Source of the DNA: an uncultured Eubacteriales bacterium
GTDB taxonomy: Bacteria; Bacillota; Clostridia; Peptostreptococcales; Anaerovoracaceae
Assembly: GCA_949285555.1 (NCBI GenBank)
Contig: CASDYG010000007.1
Span: 25,457-89,456 of the forward strand
Reading direction: 5' to 3'
DNA length: 64,000 bases
Positions 18,786 through 28,922 of this stretch are shown here, in pieces. How positions within the stretch are numbered: position 1 is the first letter of the stretch; each line of letters opens with the position of its first letter. The position numbers were made by a program, and so were the translations under genes. Below the pieces are notes generated by a model. It was given only the letters and a program-made list of their open reading frames with translations, made no database searches and was not told the origin of the DNA.

Positions 18786-19220
18786 CTATTTTTCTTCAAG
18801 CATTGCTCTTATGAACCAAAGCTGCTTATTGTAGTCATTCACTTCATCCTCCAGCATACCAACTGCAGAGAACCAACCTTCATCATCACAAGCATTTCTC
18901 AGCTCGGTAGCTTCATCTCTTAAAAGCTCCATATCCTTCTGAATAATTTCCAGGGCTTCCTTGCAGGAGAACGATCTTGCATCCAGTTCCTCAATTGTTG
19001 CTAATTCCTTAAACTGATCTAAACGTACAACTGGCATCTCTTTAAAGAATTTGATATGCTCTGCAACCTCATCAAGTCTTTCAAAAGCCTTGTCATATTC
19101 CTGTTCCGTAAAATTATGGATAGACATGAACTGTGCGCCTACTACATTCCAATGAATATTATGTAGCTTGAAAGTCCAAACTGCTAAATTTGCTAAATGC
19201 TTATTAAATTTCTGTAACAT
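18786..19220 (-). CDS. dps: Dps-family DNA-protection / mini-ferritin protein
   Basis: 144 aa with HWNVVGAQFMSIHNFTEQEYD....DEVAE, the Dps ferroxidase-site region. Confidence 0.85.
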   Translation of the reverse strand: MLQKFNKHLANLAVWTFKLHNIHWNVVGAQFMSIHNFTEQEYDKAFERLDEVAEHIKFFKEMPVVRLDQFKELATIEELDARSFSCKEALEIIQKDMELLRDEATELRNACDDEGWFSAVGMLEDEVNDYNKQLWFIRAMLEEK

Positions 19221-19302
19221 ATTTCCTCCTTAAATTTTTCCTTCTATCTTTAACTAAATGTGGGTATTATCAAATTAGCCACTTTAGTTATCCATTGCTA
19301 AC

Positions 19303-19331
19303 ATTCTATTATTAATATATCCCATTGTCAA
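19303..19331 (-). promoter_or_regulatory. Sigma-70 type promoter of dps (TTGACA-17-TAGAAT)
   Basis: Minus-strand TTGACA (19326-19331), 17-nt spacer, TAGAAT (19303-19308). Confidence 0.45.
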
Positions 19332-19872
19332 AAACATAAACACAAATATTATATTATTTTTTAAAATTTTTGATATTTTATTTCATTTACCCCCAGTAAT
19401 CATACGTCATTATGATAATCTGCTTGTTAGTCTGTATATTCATAACTCCCTATTTACATTGTTACCAGATAATGCAACCATTTTTAAAGTATCGTCTCCT
19501 TGTCAAGCAAACACAAAACTTCATTATAAAAACAAAGTAAGGTAAGCAAAAAGCTAAGCGTACATCGCTTTATATGTGTACCTGCTTTATGAGTTATGGT
19601 GCAAAACTAATTTAAACACTACCGGACATATTAATCTAAATTGACAGCCACCACTCCTTTATTTTGAAGTTAAATTATAGTACAATAACTACTGTAATTA
19701 TCAGCCTGCTCTGGCACCTTCCTCTAATATGCCACAACTTAATATTTTACGGCTTTGGGAGGCTCACTACTAGCACGAGCATTAAATGATTATATTACAC
19801 ATCTACTATAATTAAGTAGTCTACACGCTATTTATATTTTATTTTTTTTCAAATAAACTATAGGAGATATCA

Positions 19873-20466
19873 ATGATTTCAGCATTATTATCATACACAC
19901 TTTACGGACTTGTTACTGCCATAACTCCAGGTCCTAACAATGTGGTATCACTTTATCTGATGAGCCAGCACGGGTTTAAAAGAAGCAAGCTTATGTATCT
20001 GGGTATGCTCACAGGATTTTACTGTGTAATGCTTTGCTGCGCCTCATTTACGGTAGGTTTTTCAAAGCTCTTACCGTCCATTTTAAAATACCTTCCCTAC
20101 ATTGGAGCATTGTACATTGCCTGGCTTGGAATTAGCATTATGAAAAGCAAACCAAAAGAAGGACATGGCTATGATCCCAGCTTCATAAAAGGCTTTTGCC
20201 TGCAATTTGCTAATGTAAAAATCATTCTTTATTCATTGACGGTCCACTCAGCCTACCTCATACCAAAGGAAATAGGGTTTCCACATCTATTTCTAAACGC
20301 ACTTTATATGGTATGTCTTTGTTCTACAGGACTGATTACATGGGGACTGGCTGGAGGTCTTTTACATAGCTGGCTGCAAAAATATTATCGTCCATTCAAT
20401 TTTGTTATGGGAATCATTTTATTCTATTGCGCATTTGATTTAATTCGTCCTTCTCTCGGACTTTAA
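19873..20466 (+). CDS. LysE/RhtB-family amino-acid exporter
   Basis: 197 aa, six hydrophobic segments, N-terminal ..ITPGPNN.. motif typical of the LysE family. Confidence 0.75.
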   Translation: MISALLSYTLYGLVTAITPGPNNVVSLYLMSQHGFKRSKLMYLGMLTGFYCVMLCCASFTVGFSKLLPSILKYLPYIGALYIAWLGISIMKSKPKEGHGYDPSFIKGFCLQFANVKIILYSLTVHSAYLIPKEIGFPHLFLNALYMVCLCSTGLITWGLAGGLLHSWLQKYYRPFNFVMGIILFYCAFDLIRPSLGL

Positions 20467-20509
20467 TCAGAACTTAAATTTTTCTTTGTGTGAAGAAAAA
20501 TCAACTAAC

Positions 20510-20596
20510 AAAAAGGTGTATCATTTATCTGTCGATTCCAAGCTTAGAACTCAATTCTAACGCATGAGACTCGGTACATAAAGATACACCTTTTTA
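20510..20596. terminator. Convergent-gene spacer with a 12-bp perfect inverted repeat (AAAAGGTGTATC / GATACACCTTTT) enclosing ~60 nt; likely bidirectional terminator structure
   Basis: Arms at 20511-20522 and 20584-20595, with an A-run before and a T-run after. An inner TTAGAA-N5-TTCTAA hairpin is present. Confidence 0.35.
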
Positions 20597-20648
20597 AATT
20601 CATACTTTATAAATTAAATGTACATTATCCACTTATAGGAATTACTGT

Positions 20649-21971
20649 TTAACCTATGCCCTGATATATTATACTTAGCACACATACTACAAATGTAACC
20701 CCTACAAAAATGTACTTTCCGTACGTATGAAACACTGAGCCAAAATCATTTCCATCATGTCCCCTGCTAATTTCATCTATGGCAGCCTTCTTATCTAACA
20801 TCCAGAAAAATACAATTGAAGCCAGAAGAGCACCTACTGGTATGAAATATATTGATACCATATCCATCCATGTACCCAGTAAATTTCCGTCCTCAAGGGC
20901 AAGGCCTCCCAGGATACCCACAATTCCTATTACAATAGCAGCCATGTGCCTCTTCATCTTAAATCTATCCTCCATCATCTCCACAGCTGATTCATATAGA
21001 TTTACAAGCGATGTAAGTCCTGCAAAAAGCACAGCTACGAAGAAAATTATGGCAAATAATTGTCCAGCTGGCATTGATTCAAAGACATGAGGCATGGTTA
21101 TAAACAGGAGCGATGGGCCTGCCGTCGTTTCGATTCCGTATACGAAAACTGCTGGCACTATTACTATGGCTGCAAGAATTGCTGCCAAGGTATCAAAAAT
21201 CGCTACATATTTTGCATTGTTTGGGATATCTTCGTTCTTATTCAGATAAGATCCGTATACTACTGTTCCACTACCTGCTAATGATAACGAGAAAAATGCC
21301 TGACCTAGAGCAAAAATCCACGTCTTTATATTCAGAAGGCTCTCCCACTTCGGATTGAACAAATATTCATAGCCAGCTCCTGCTCCAGGAAGTGTTACTA
21401 CTCTTACTGCCAAAATAACAAACATAAAGAAGAACAGAGGCATCATCACCTTATTGATTTTTTCAATTCCCTTAGAAATACCCAGACTCATCACTAAGAA
21501 GGTTATTACTATAGCAGCTATATGATATGGCAATGATCCCATAGTTGAAGCAAGCTTTCCAAATACTTCGCCAGCTCCACCCTTTAGTACATCACCTGTA
21601 ATACTGCCAATGAGAAATCTTAGTATCCATCCTATTACAATAGTATATCCAAGTGCAATTCCTAGTGATCCAATGACAGGAATACATCCTACTATTGTTC
21701 CGCCTTTTTTCCCTTTTGTATCAAATACCTTTTTGAATGCGGAAAGAGGACCGCTGCCCGTGTAGCGTCCAAAGCTCATTTCTGCTACTACACCAACATA
21801 TCCAATTCCAATCACGAAAATGAAATATGGAATTAGAAATGCCGCACCACCTAAATCTGTTACTCTATAAGGAAACAGCCATATGTTTCCCATTCCTACT
21901 GAAGATCCTATACACGCTAAAATAAAACCAAATTTCGATTTAAAATTATCTCTTTTATCTAATCTTTCCAT
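20649..21971 (-). CDS. Sodium-dependent transporter, NSS/SNF family
   Basis: 440 aa with the N-terminal GFILACIGSSVGMGNIWLFPY signature. Confidence 0.85.
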   Translation of the reverse strand: MERLDKRDNFKSKFGFILACIGSSVGMGNIWLFPYRVTDLGGAAFLIPYFIFVIGIGYVGVVAEMSFGRYTGSGPLSAFKKVFDTKGKKGGTIVGCIPVIGSLGIALGYTIVIGWILRFLIGSITGDVLKGGAGEVFGKLASTMGSLPYHIAAIVITFLVMSLGISKGIEKINKVMMPLFFFMFVILAVRVVTLPGAGAGYEYLFNPKWESLLNIKTWIFALGQAFFSLSLAGSGTVVYGSYLNKNEDIPNNAKYVAIFDTLAAILAAIVIVPAVFVYGIETTAGPSLLFITMPHVFESMPAGQLFAIIFFVAVLFAGLTSLVNLYESAVEMMEDRFKMKRHMAAIVIGIVGILGGLALEDGNLLGTWMDMVSIYFIPVGALLASIVFFWMLDKKAAIDEISRGHDGNDFGSVFHTYGKYIFVGVTFVVCVLSIIYQGIG

Positions 21972-22002
21972 AACTTCTCACCTATATTTATAGCATTTAA
22001 CT

Positions 22003-23109
22003 TTAATTGGTTTTAAACAGTTTCCAGTACTCACTATAGATATGATCTGCCTCCTGTCCTAAATATTGCAGAAGAGCACCTTTATCGAGAGTTTCCTGGC
22101 TTGGAAAAATAATCCCCATAAGCTCATCATCAAGTTCACCCTCTTTTTTTACATACTCATAGACATATTTGTTAGGAATTGTATAGCCTAAATATTCATA
22201 GTTTTTTATAGCACTGGACTTTGACAGCATGAAATTAATCCATTTTTCTGCCGCCTCTTTATTCTTGCCCCACTTCGGGAGAGCCCAGCAATCAACAAAG
22301 GTCTCAGTCCCCTCTTCAGGTACTACAAACCCCACATCATCACTTATCTCCCTGGCATAGGCATACTCGCCGCTCCATAATACCCCCACCGAGGCCGATC
22401 CACCGAGGACTAAATCTCTTGTGGCATCATTAGCATATTTATAGACGATTTTTTTTTGCTTACGCAAATAGCTTGACGCCTCTTTAATTTCCTTTTTATT
22501 CTTAGTATTAATATCATATCCTAGAGCCTTTAGTCCTATTCCCATAGTATCTCTCATGGAGTCGAGCATAACAATGTCATCCTTAAGCTCCTGCGACCAC
22601 AAGGATCGCCAGCTATGTACCTTCTCATAGCTTATTTTTCTCTTATCATACATAATCCCTAGTATACCGAATGTATGAGGTACCACATAAGTACCATTTT
22701 TATCAAAGCCTGAAACCTGCTTCATATATTGTGGCAAAATATTGGATAAATTAGGAATATTTTCCTTATCAAATTCCTTTAGCAGTCCCTCTTCTTTCAA
22801 CCTATGTGCCATATAATCAGATGTACAAATCACATCGTAATCCGCCATATGTTTGTTGATAATAGGATATAGCTCTTCATTTGTGTCAAATGTACTATAT
22901 ACTACCTCTATGCCTGTCTCTTTAGTAAATTCCCCTATGAGCTTTGGATCAATATAATCTCCAAAATTACAGATGTATAGTTTGCCCTTACTTGCCGTAC
23001 AGCCCGCAAACAATATAGTTACTCCGACTAGCATCACTATAATCAGGCAGCCAAAAAGACCTCTGTTTCGAAGGTAGATTGAACTTTTTTTCAAACTATT
23101 CATTGTCAA
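22003..23109 (-). CDS. potD: Spermidine/putrescine ABC transporter substrate-binding lipoprotein
   Basis: 368 aa with lipobox LFAGC. PotD-like fold pattern and position after potABC. Confidence 0.8.
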   Translation of the reverse strand: MTMNSLKKSSIYLRNRGLFGCLIIVMLVGVTILFAGCTASKGKLYICNFGDYIDPKLIGEFTKETGIEVVYSTFDTNEELYPIINKHMADYDVICTSDYMAHRLKEEGLLKEFDKENIPNLSNILPQYMKQVSGFDKNGTYVVPHTFGILGIMYDKRKISYEKVHSWRSLWSQELKDDIVMLDSMRDTMGIGLKALGYDINTKNKKEIKEASSYLRKQKKIVYKYANDATRDLVLGGSASVGVLWSGEYAYAREISDDVGFVVPEEGTETFVDCWALPKWGKNKEAAEKWINFMLSKSSAIKNYEYLGYTIPNKYVYEYVKKEGELDDELMGIIFPSQETLDKGALLQYLGQEADHIYSEYWKLFKTN

Positions 23110-23890
23110 CCTCCTCTCGTGCCATGGAGAAATTACTGATACTCAAAAAGACAAGCACCAGAACAAAAATTATTGTACTTAATGCAAAAAGCGTCGGACG
23201 AATGCCTACCTTTACCTGTGAATAAATGAGTGTAGATATGGTATTGATTCCTGCACCTCTGGTGAAATGAGTAACTACAAAATCATCCACAGACATGGTA
23301 AATGCCAGCAAAAGTCCACTTACTATACCAGGTCTAAGTTCGGGCAGTACCACCTTGTAAAAGGCATATAAAGGCGTTGCTCCAAGATCTAAAGCGGCTT
23401 CATAGTTCGTCTTAGCCAGCTGTTTAAAGCGTGGCATTACAGAAAGTATAACGTATGGTATACAAAAGGTGATATGTGCCATAAGGACCGTACCCCGGCT
23501 AAGACTGATTGAGAAAACCAAAAAAGTCATCATCAGAGATATACCAGTAACTATATCCGCATTTAGAAGTGGAATATTATTTAAAATCATAAGTCCGTTT
23601 TCCCACTTCTTTGTCATGCTGGATATACCTATGCAAGCCAATACTCCTATTACCGTTGAAATAACGGCACTTAATATGGCAATCACAAATGTATTTATTA
23701 TTGCTGAAATTATCATGGGATCAGCCAGCATTTCCTTATACCATCTTAATGAAAATCCCGCCCATACTGTCATGGATTTGCTATTGTTAAACGATAACAC
23801 TACGAGCGTGAGAATGGGAACATATAGAAAAAGCATAACAATCACCATATATATTCCACTTAACGCAGTGCTGGTACGGTGGTGCTTCAT
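23096..23890 (-). CDS. potC: Spermidine/putrescine ABC transporter permease
   Basis: 264 aa with the EAA-type loop YEAALDLGATPLYAFYKVVLP. Confidence 0.85.
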   Translation of the reverse strand: MKHHRTSTALSGIYMVIVMLFLYVPILTLVVLSFNNSKSMTVWAGFSLRWYKEMLADPMIISAIINTFVIAILSAVISTVIGVLACIGISSMTKKWENGLMILNNIPLLNADIVTGISLMMTFLVFSISLSRGTVLMAHITFCIPYVILSVMPRFKQLAKTNYEAALDLGATPLYAFYKVVLPELRPGIVSGLLLAFTMSVDDFVVTHFTRGAGINTISTLIYSQVKVGIRPTLFALSTIIFVLVLVFLSISNFSMAREEVDNE

Positions 23891-24702
23891 AGTATGCCTC
23901 CTCCCCGCTCATCTCCCAACTTGGAAAACAAAGCCATGGTAATAAGAACGAACACCATCATAATCATAGAAAGACCCGAACCCAGGTTCCAGTTAGATGC
24001 AAATGTAAACTCTTGCTCAATAATATTGCCAATAAGATATAACTTTCCTCCTCCTAAAATATTAGGAATGACAAATGTAGTCAAGGCTGGCACAAATACC
24101 ATGGTTACTCCGCTTACAATTCCAGGAACACTCATTGGAAAGATAATACTCCTGATGACCTTCATTTTAGTAGCTCCCAAATCATAAGCTGCCTCTATGA
24201 TACTATCTTCAATACGCATAAGCACATTGTATATCGGTAAAATCATAAAAGGCAGAAAATCATATACCATTCCCAGCACGACTGCCATTTTTGTGTTAAT
24301 TATGTGTATGCCCCCAATACCAATAGCTGCCATCAGGCTATTTACTACTCCACCTTTTTCAAGAAGCACCTGCCATGCCATAGTTCTAAGCAGGATATTC
24401 ATCCACATTGGCAAAATGAAGATAAAAATAATTAAACTCTTATTTCCAAGCCTTCTTTCCCTCAAAATCATGGCAAGAGGAAAGGCTATTAAGAAGCATA
24501 TTGCGGTGCTAATAAGTGCTAAGTAAATAGAAAGCCCAAGCCCCTTTATATGCTCCAGCCTAAATATAGATACAACATTGTCCCAAGTAAATGTACCACT
24601 ACTTGTAGTAAAACCATAATACGCTATTACAAGAAAGGGTATTATGGTTCCTCCTAAAATCCAAATGATAAACGGACTGGCAAAAAATTTTCTATAAGTC
24701 AA
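23887..24702 (-). CDS. potB: Spermidine/putrescine ABC transporter permease
   Basis: 271 aa with the EAA loop [21 protein letters not shown]. Confidence 0.85.
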   Translation of the reverse strand: MTYRKFFASPFIIWILGGTIIPFLVIAYYGFTTSSGTFTWDNVVSIFRLEHIKGLGLSIYLALISTAICFLIAFPLAMILRERRLGNKSLIIFIFILPMWMNILLRTMAWQVLLEKGGVVNSLMAAIGIGGIHIINTKMAVVLGMVYDFLPFMILPIYNVLMRIEDSIIEAAYDLGATKMKVIRSIIFPMSVPGIVSGVTMVFVPALTTFVIPNILGGGKLYLIGNIIEQEFTFASNWNLGSGLSMIMMVFVLITMALFSKLGDERGGGIL

Positions 24703-25777
24703 TTTCCATTGCCTCCCCTTCTTTGGATTGAGGCTTATGCATTATCTGTATATTTTCCGGTATGACATCAATGCTTACCTTGGTGCCTACTGGATAATTC
24801 TTTGTATTTTGTGCAAGCCATGTGTATCCACCAGCATCTATCTCCATCTCATAATGCACGCCAATAAAAACATTATGAGTTATCATGCCTTCAAGCCTGC
24901 CTACTCCTGGTGGGCTTATAACGATATCTTCAGGTCTTATCACCACATCGACTGGTGTATTTGTACCGAAGCCTTCATCAATGCAATCAAAAGGTGTATG
25001 ACAGACTTCTACCAGTCTATCCCTTATCATTACTCCATCTAGGATATTGCTATCTCCAATAAAATCAGCAACAAAGGCATTTTCAGGTTCATTATAAATT
25101 TGCTCCGGAGTTCCCATCTGCTGTATGTAGCCTCCATTCATAACGACCACCTTGTCACTCATTGTAAGAGCTTCTTCTTGATCATGAGTTACGTATATGA
25201 AAGTTATGCCAAGTTCATTTTTGAGCCTAATAAGCTCATATTCCATATCCTGTCTAAGCTTCAGATCTAATGCTCCTAGCGGTTCATCCAGCAGTAACAC
25301 CTTAGGTTCATTTACAATAGCTCTGGCAATAGCGATTCTCTGCTGCTGTCCACCAGATAGTGAGTCCACCTTCCTCTTTTCATATCCAGATAGATTCACA
25401 AGCTTTAATGCATATTTCACTTTATCCTTAATATAGGCATCTGTTTTGCCCTTTATTTTAAGCCCAAAGGCAATATTTTCTCCAATATTCATATGTGGAA
25501 ACAGGGCGTATTTTTGAAATACCGTATTGATATTCCTCTGATTAGGCGGAAGATTAGTAATATCCTTACCTTCAAAATAGACCTTCCCACTGTCAGGCTG
25601 TTCAAAGCCTCCTACAATTCTCAGAGTTGTAGTTTTACCACACCCAGACGGACCAAGGAGGGTTATGAACTCATTTTCCTTGACATCCAAAGAGAAATCG
25701 TCCAGCACCGTAGTTTCTCCAAAGGTTTTAGAAAGACTATCAAGTCTAATCAGCTCGTTCATAATGCCTCCTTTCAT
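24692..25777 (-). CDS. potA: Spermidine/putrescine ABC transporter ATP-binding protein
   Basis: 361 aa with Walker [10 protein letters not shown], signature LSGGQQQR and Walker B LLLDEP. Confidence 0.9.
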   Translation of the reverse strand: MKGGIMNELIRLDSLSKTFGETTVLDDFSLDVKENEFITLLGPSGCGKTTTLRIVGGFEQPDSGKVYFEGKDITNLPPNQRNINTVFQKYALFPHMNIGENIAFGLKIKGKTDAYIKDKVKYALKLVNLSGYEKRKVDSLSGGQQQRIAIARAIVNEPKVLLLDEPLGALDLKLRQDMEYELIRLKNELGITFIYVTHDQEEALTMSDKVVVMNGGYIQQMGTPEQIYNEPENAFVADFIGDSNILDGVMIRDRLVEVCHTPFDCIDEGFGTNTPVDVVIRPEDIVISPPGVGRLEGMITHNVFIGVHYEMEIDAGGYTWLAQNTKNYPVGTKVSIDVIPENIQIMHKPQSKEGEAMEIDL

Positions 25778-26159
25778 GTAATTCTTCTTTTAAGATAGAT
25801 AATCTATTTTACCATATATAGACTGTAAATTCTAGCTATTATCACACCTATTAATAAAAGAATATTCCTTGAAATATATCCTCATAGTATGCCGCTAAGC
25901 TATTTTTTAAAAAAAGTATAGGGCTAGTAGTGTTAATTAAAATAAATGGTTTAAATTTGTAATAAGTGATAGAAGAAAGACCTAAAACTATATTTTTTAT
26001 ACTTTTTCCACAATTGAGATTAGGGTATAATATATAATTGAAATGCTTAGTAAAATGGTGAAGCATGTTGCCAAATATATTCATCGCAATGTAGTTAAGC
26101 CGGTAACTAAATTCATTAAATAAAATAGCAAAGCCAATTGGTAAATTTTTTAAAAGACT

Positions 26160-26714
26160 ATGGAAACAGAGGAGAAAGAAATGAATAAAAAAAGGCTAAT
26201 AACTGTTTCTTTGGTATTAATTATATTGTTTTTAATATATGGATATATTTACTGTAATTTAAAGGTGAATTCTGTATATTATGCTAAACATACTCCACAT
26301 AAGAAAGGTACCGAACCTGTACTTATGATGTTAGTTGATAATTTATATTGGATATATCAGCCTGATGTAGATGGGATAGAATATGATTTTGACGGACCAC
26401 CTGCAATTTTGACATTTGACAAAAACAATGAGCAGACAAGTTTTTTTACATCAACAGACCTTGATGGAAAACAAGGGTATTTATTTAACAATATAATAAC
26501 TGGCACAATGTATGACTTTGATTATAAATTTAAAATGGAAAAAGTTTATAGTTCATCTGATTTTATATACGAACTGGACCCCACTACGATTGATGAACAT
26601 GAAGCAAAAAATAATATACATGATTTTTTGAAGCCTTTAATTGATCAGCAGACAGCGCCTTTTATAAATCTACAGTGGATTTTTGATAAGGTGTATAAAG
26701 ATAAGTTTAATTAA
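26160..26714 (+). CDS. Hypothetical membrane-anchored protein
   Basis: 184 aa with one N-terminal TM helix (LITVSLVLIILFLIYGYIY). No recognisable motif. The gene and its flanks are visibly AT-rich. Confidence 0.5.
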   Translation: METEEKEMNKKRLITVSLVLIILFLIYGYIYCNLKVNSVYYAKHTPHKKGTEPVLMMLVDNLYWIYQPDVDGIEYDFDGPPAILTFDKNNEQTSFFTSTDLDGKQGYLFNNIITGTMYDFDYKFKMEKVYSSSDFIYELDPTTIDEHEAKNNIHDFLKPLIDQQTAPFINLQWIFDKVYKDKFN

Positions 26715-26718
26715 AAAT

Positions 26719-26762
26719 AGCAGCCAAAATCTATTAACAAGTGACTTTGGCTGCTTTTATTT
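26719..26762 (+). terminator. Intrinsic terminator after the hypothetical gene
   Basis: AGCAGCCAAA..TTTGGCTGCT stem followed by TTTTATTT. Confidence 0.55.
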
Positions 26763-26843
26763 CTTCCAATGAGCGGTAACAATTCTTATCATTTACCGTG
26801 AGCTGTATCTATTTCATAGTTACAAGAGGTACGGATACCAATA

Positions 26844-27341
26844 CTATCTTCCAATTATTTTTAAAATTTCTCGGGTAATCTCCAGCAAACTCTTATTATC
26901 CCCATCAATAATTATGTCACAACCTGCTTCATATAGGGGACATCTTTCATAGTATAAATCCTCTAAAGTCTGTCCCGGCTTTAATGTCACACCTCTATCA
27001 GACAGGTTATTTAGTCTGCCTAGGATGGTATCAAGGCTATACCTTAAATAAATCACATACCCCTTATCCCCAGCAATTTTTTTTAGAGCATCAGGATAAT
27101 AGATACCACTTCCTCCGGGTGCTACTACCGTATTTGTTAAAATCAAATTATTAAGAGTATCCTCTTCAATCCTGGCAAACTCTGAGAGCCCTTCATCATC
27201 TATGATTTTTTGCAACGGCTTTCCTGCCCTTTCCTCAATTTTATGATCTACATCTACAAAATTCATGCTCGCAAGTCTTGCTAATTCTCTGCCAACTGTA
27301 CTTTTCCCACTTGCTGGCATTCCCATAAGTACAACATTCAT
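26844..27341 (-). CDS. aroK: Shikimate kinase
   Basis: 165 aa with GMPASGKSTVGRELA (P-loop) and a ..GGG.. shikimate-binding region. Confidence 0.85.
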   Translation of the reverse strand: MNVVLMGMPASGKSTVGRELARLASMNFVDVDHKIEERAGKPLQKIIDDEGLSEFARIEEDTLNNLILTNTVVAPGGSGIYYPDALKKIAGDKGYVIYLRYSLDTILGRLNNLSDRGVTLKPGQTLEDLYYERCPLYEAGCDIIIDGDNKSLLEITREILKIIGR

Positions 27342-27449
27342 ATGTGCTCCAAAATTTAAAATGTAATTATTTCATCCAACTTTATATAATCGCCTATCAG
27401 CTACCCTTACAGACAAGCTTTTGCTATTTACAGTATATGCCTGTATCTG

Positions 27450-28061
27450 CTATACCTCTTCACTTGCACCGGAAAGCGGAATGTCGATTCTAAGCTGCTC
27501 TCCATCTTCTTCATCTTCTTTTTCACCAGACACAAGCACACTTAAATCTTCAAGCTCTGGTAATTCCTTAATACTTGCAAATCCAAACTTTTCAAGAAAA
27601 AGATCTGTAGTTCCATATACTGTAGGTCTGCCAACAGTATCAGCTCGACCCTTTTCCATAATCAGTCCCTTTTGAAGAAGTCCCTCTACCACTCTGTCGG
27701 ATCTAACTCCTCTGACCGCTTCCATCTCTCCTTTTGTAACAGGTTGATTATAAGCAATAATGGCAAGCACCTCAAGAGCAGACTGAGATAATTTCCTCAC
27801 CTTTACGGGGGTACACAGTCTTTCAATAAAAGGAGCTACCTCACTTGCAGTCACAAGCTGATATCCCTTTCCTATCTGTCTTATTCTGAGCCCTCGCCTG
27901 CCTACTTCATATTCAGAAATAAGCTCATCCATTAGCTCCTTTGCTTCTGTTTTTTCCAGATCTATTACCTTCATTATGGAAGACAAGCTTAGAGGCTGAC
28001 CCCACGTAAACAGCATTCCTTCCACGGCAGCTTTATATAATTCCTTCTGACTCATTTCCAC
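27450..28061 (-). CDS. scpB: Segregation and condensation protein B
   Basis: 203 aa. ..EGMLFTWGQPLS.. and ..EVLAIIAYNQPVTKGEMEAVRGV.. are typical ScpB winged-helix repeats. Confidence 0.9.
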   Translation of the reverse strand: MEMSQKELYKAAVEGMLFTWGQPLSLSSIMKVIDLEKTEAKELMDELISEYEVGRRGLRIRQIGKGYQLVTASEVAPFIERLCTPVKVRKLSQSALEVLAIIAYNQPVTKGEMEAVRGVRSDRVVEGLLQKGLIMEKGRADTVGRPTVYGTTDLFLEKFGFASIKELPELEDLSVLVSGEKEDEEDGEQLRIDIPLSGASEEV

Positions 28062-28115
28062 ACTCCAGCATCTATCAGTTATTTTAAATTCAATCCGACT
28101 AACCTAGCCTAATCC

Positions 28116-28922
28116 TTAACTTTCTTCTATAAGTGATACCTTAATATCGCCATAATTGACTGTTTGCTCACAGTCCACCTGTCTATTTCGCACCATCTGC
28201 AACAGGGCAACAAAAGTAACTGCCCTTTCATAATTTTGCCAGTATTCCTCCCCATAAGCTATCTGCGTAAAATCATCCATATCTACAGATGGACTAGATG
28301 AGAAATCCAAAAGTTCAGTGAAATCTAGTACCTTATGCCCCTCCTTGAGAGCCGTTACCAGGTGTTCTAGGATGCTTTCCATTTTTGTTTCGGTGGAAAT
28401 TCTTTCCCTCTCCAGTCTGGTATAATGACTTTTTACCTGATCTAACCGTTGTTTTCTGGCTAAAAAATCTCCAAATGCTTTGGAAAGCTCCTCTAAATCT
28501 AAAGACAGTACCTCGTCTGGATTATCCAGATAAAAACTAATGTCTTCCTGAGGCTTACTATATATTGACTGATTAATTTCGAAGGCTTCTTCAAGTAATG
28601 CTGCCTGTAGTTTAACTTTTTTGTATTCGAGGATCTTTTGTACTAATTCCTTTCTAGGATCATCCTCCATCACTGCCAAGCTATCTCCCGTACTCCTTGG
28701 AAGAAGTAATTTGGACTTAATTTCAATCAGATTTGCTGCAAGTACCATGAACTCCGTAGCAACTACAACATTAAGCTCCTTCATTGTAGTGATATATTCC
28801 AGATACTGCCTTGTTATTTCTGAAATCTCAATATCATATATATCCATCTCGGCATTTTCTATAAGATATACAAGAAGATCAAAAGGACCTTCAAAGATAG
28901 GAAGTCTAACCTTGTAGCTCAT
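28116..28922 (-). CDS. scpA: Segregation and condensation protein A
   Basis: 268 aa with the N-terminal FEGPFDLLVYLIE... ScpA signature, immediately upstream of scpB. Confidence 0.9.
   Translation of the reverse strand: MSYKVRLPIFEGPFDLLVYLIENAEMDIYDIEISEITRQYLEYITTMKELNVVVATEFMVLAANLIEIKSKLLLPRSTGDSLAVMEDDPRKELVQKILEYKKVKLQAALLEEAFEINQSIYSKPQEDISFYLDNPDEVLSLDLEELSKAFGDFLARKQRLDQVKSHYTRLERERISTETKMESILEHLVTALKEGHKVLDFTELLDFSSSPSVDMDDFTQIAYGEEYWQNYERAVTFVALLQMVRNRQVDCEQTVNYGDIKVSLIEES

Noticed and set aside
19324-19340. 17-nt identity (ATTGTCAAAAACATAAA) between the dps/lysE spacer and the tRNA-Ala promoter region (30985-31001)
   Set aside because: It is an AT-rich sequence containing a -35-like element. 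In 64 kb of AT-biased DNA, one such 17-mer coincidence is not clearly beyond chance, and no extended similarity flanks it.
19712-19717. TGGCAC resembling a sigma-54 -24 element upstream of the LysE gene
   Set aside because: The -12 position reads TCTAA rather than TTGC(A/T), and no enhancer-binding-protein gene is nearby.
25851-26084. 77-aa minus-strand ORF in the potA upstream AT-rich spacer
   Set aside because: No SD, an AT-driven Ile/Asn/Phe/Lys-rich composition, and it overlaps the likely promoter regions of potA and the hypothetical gene.
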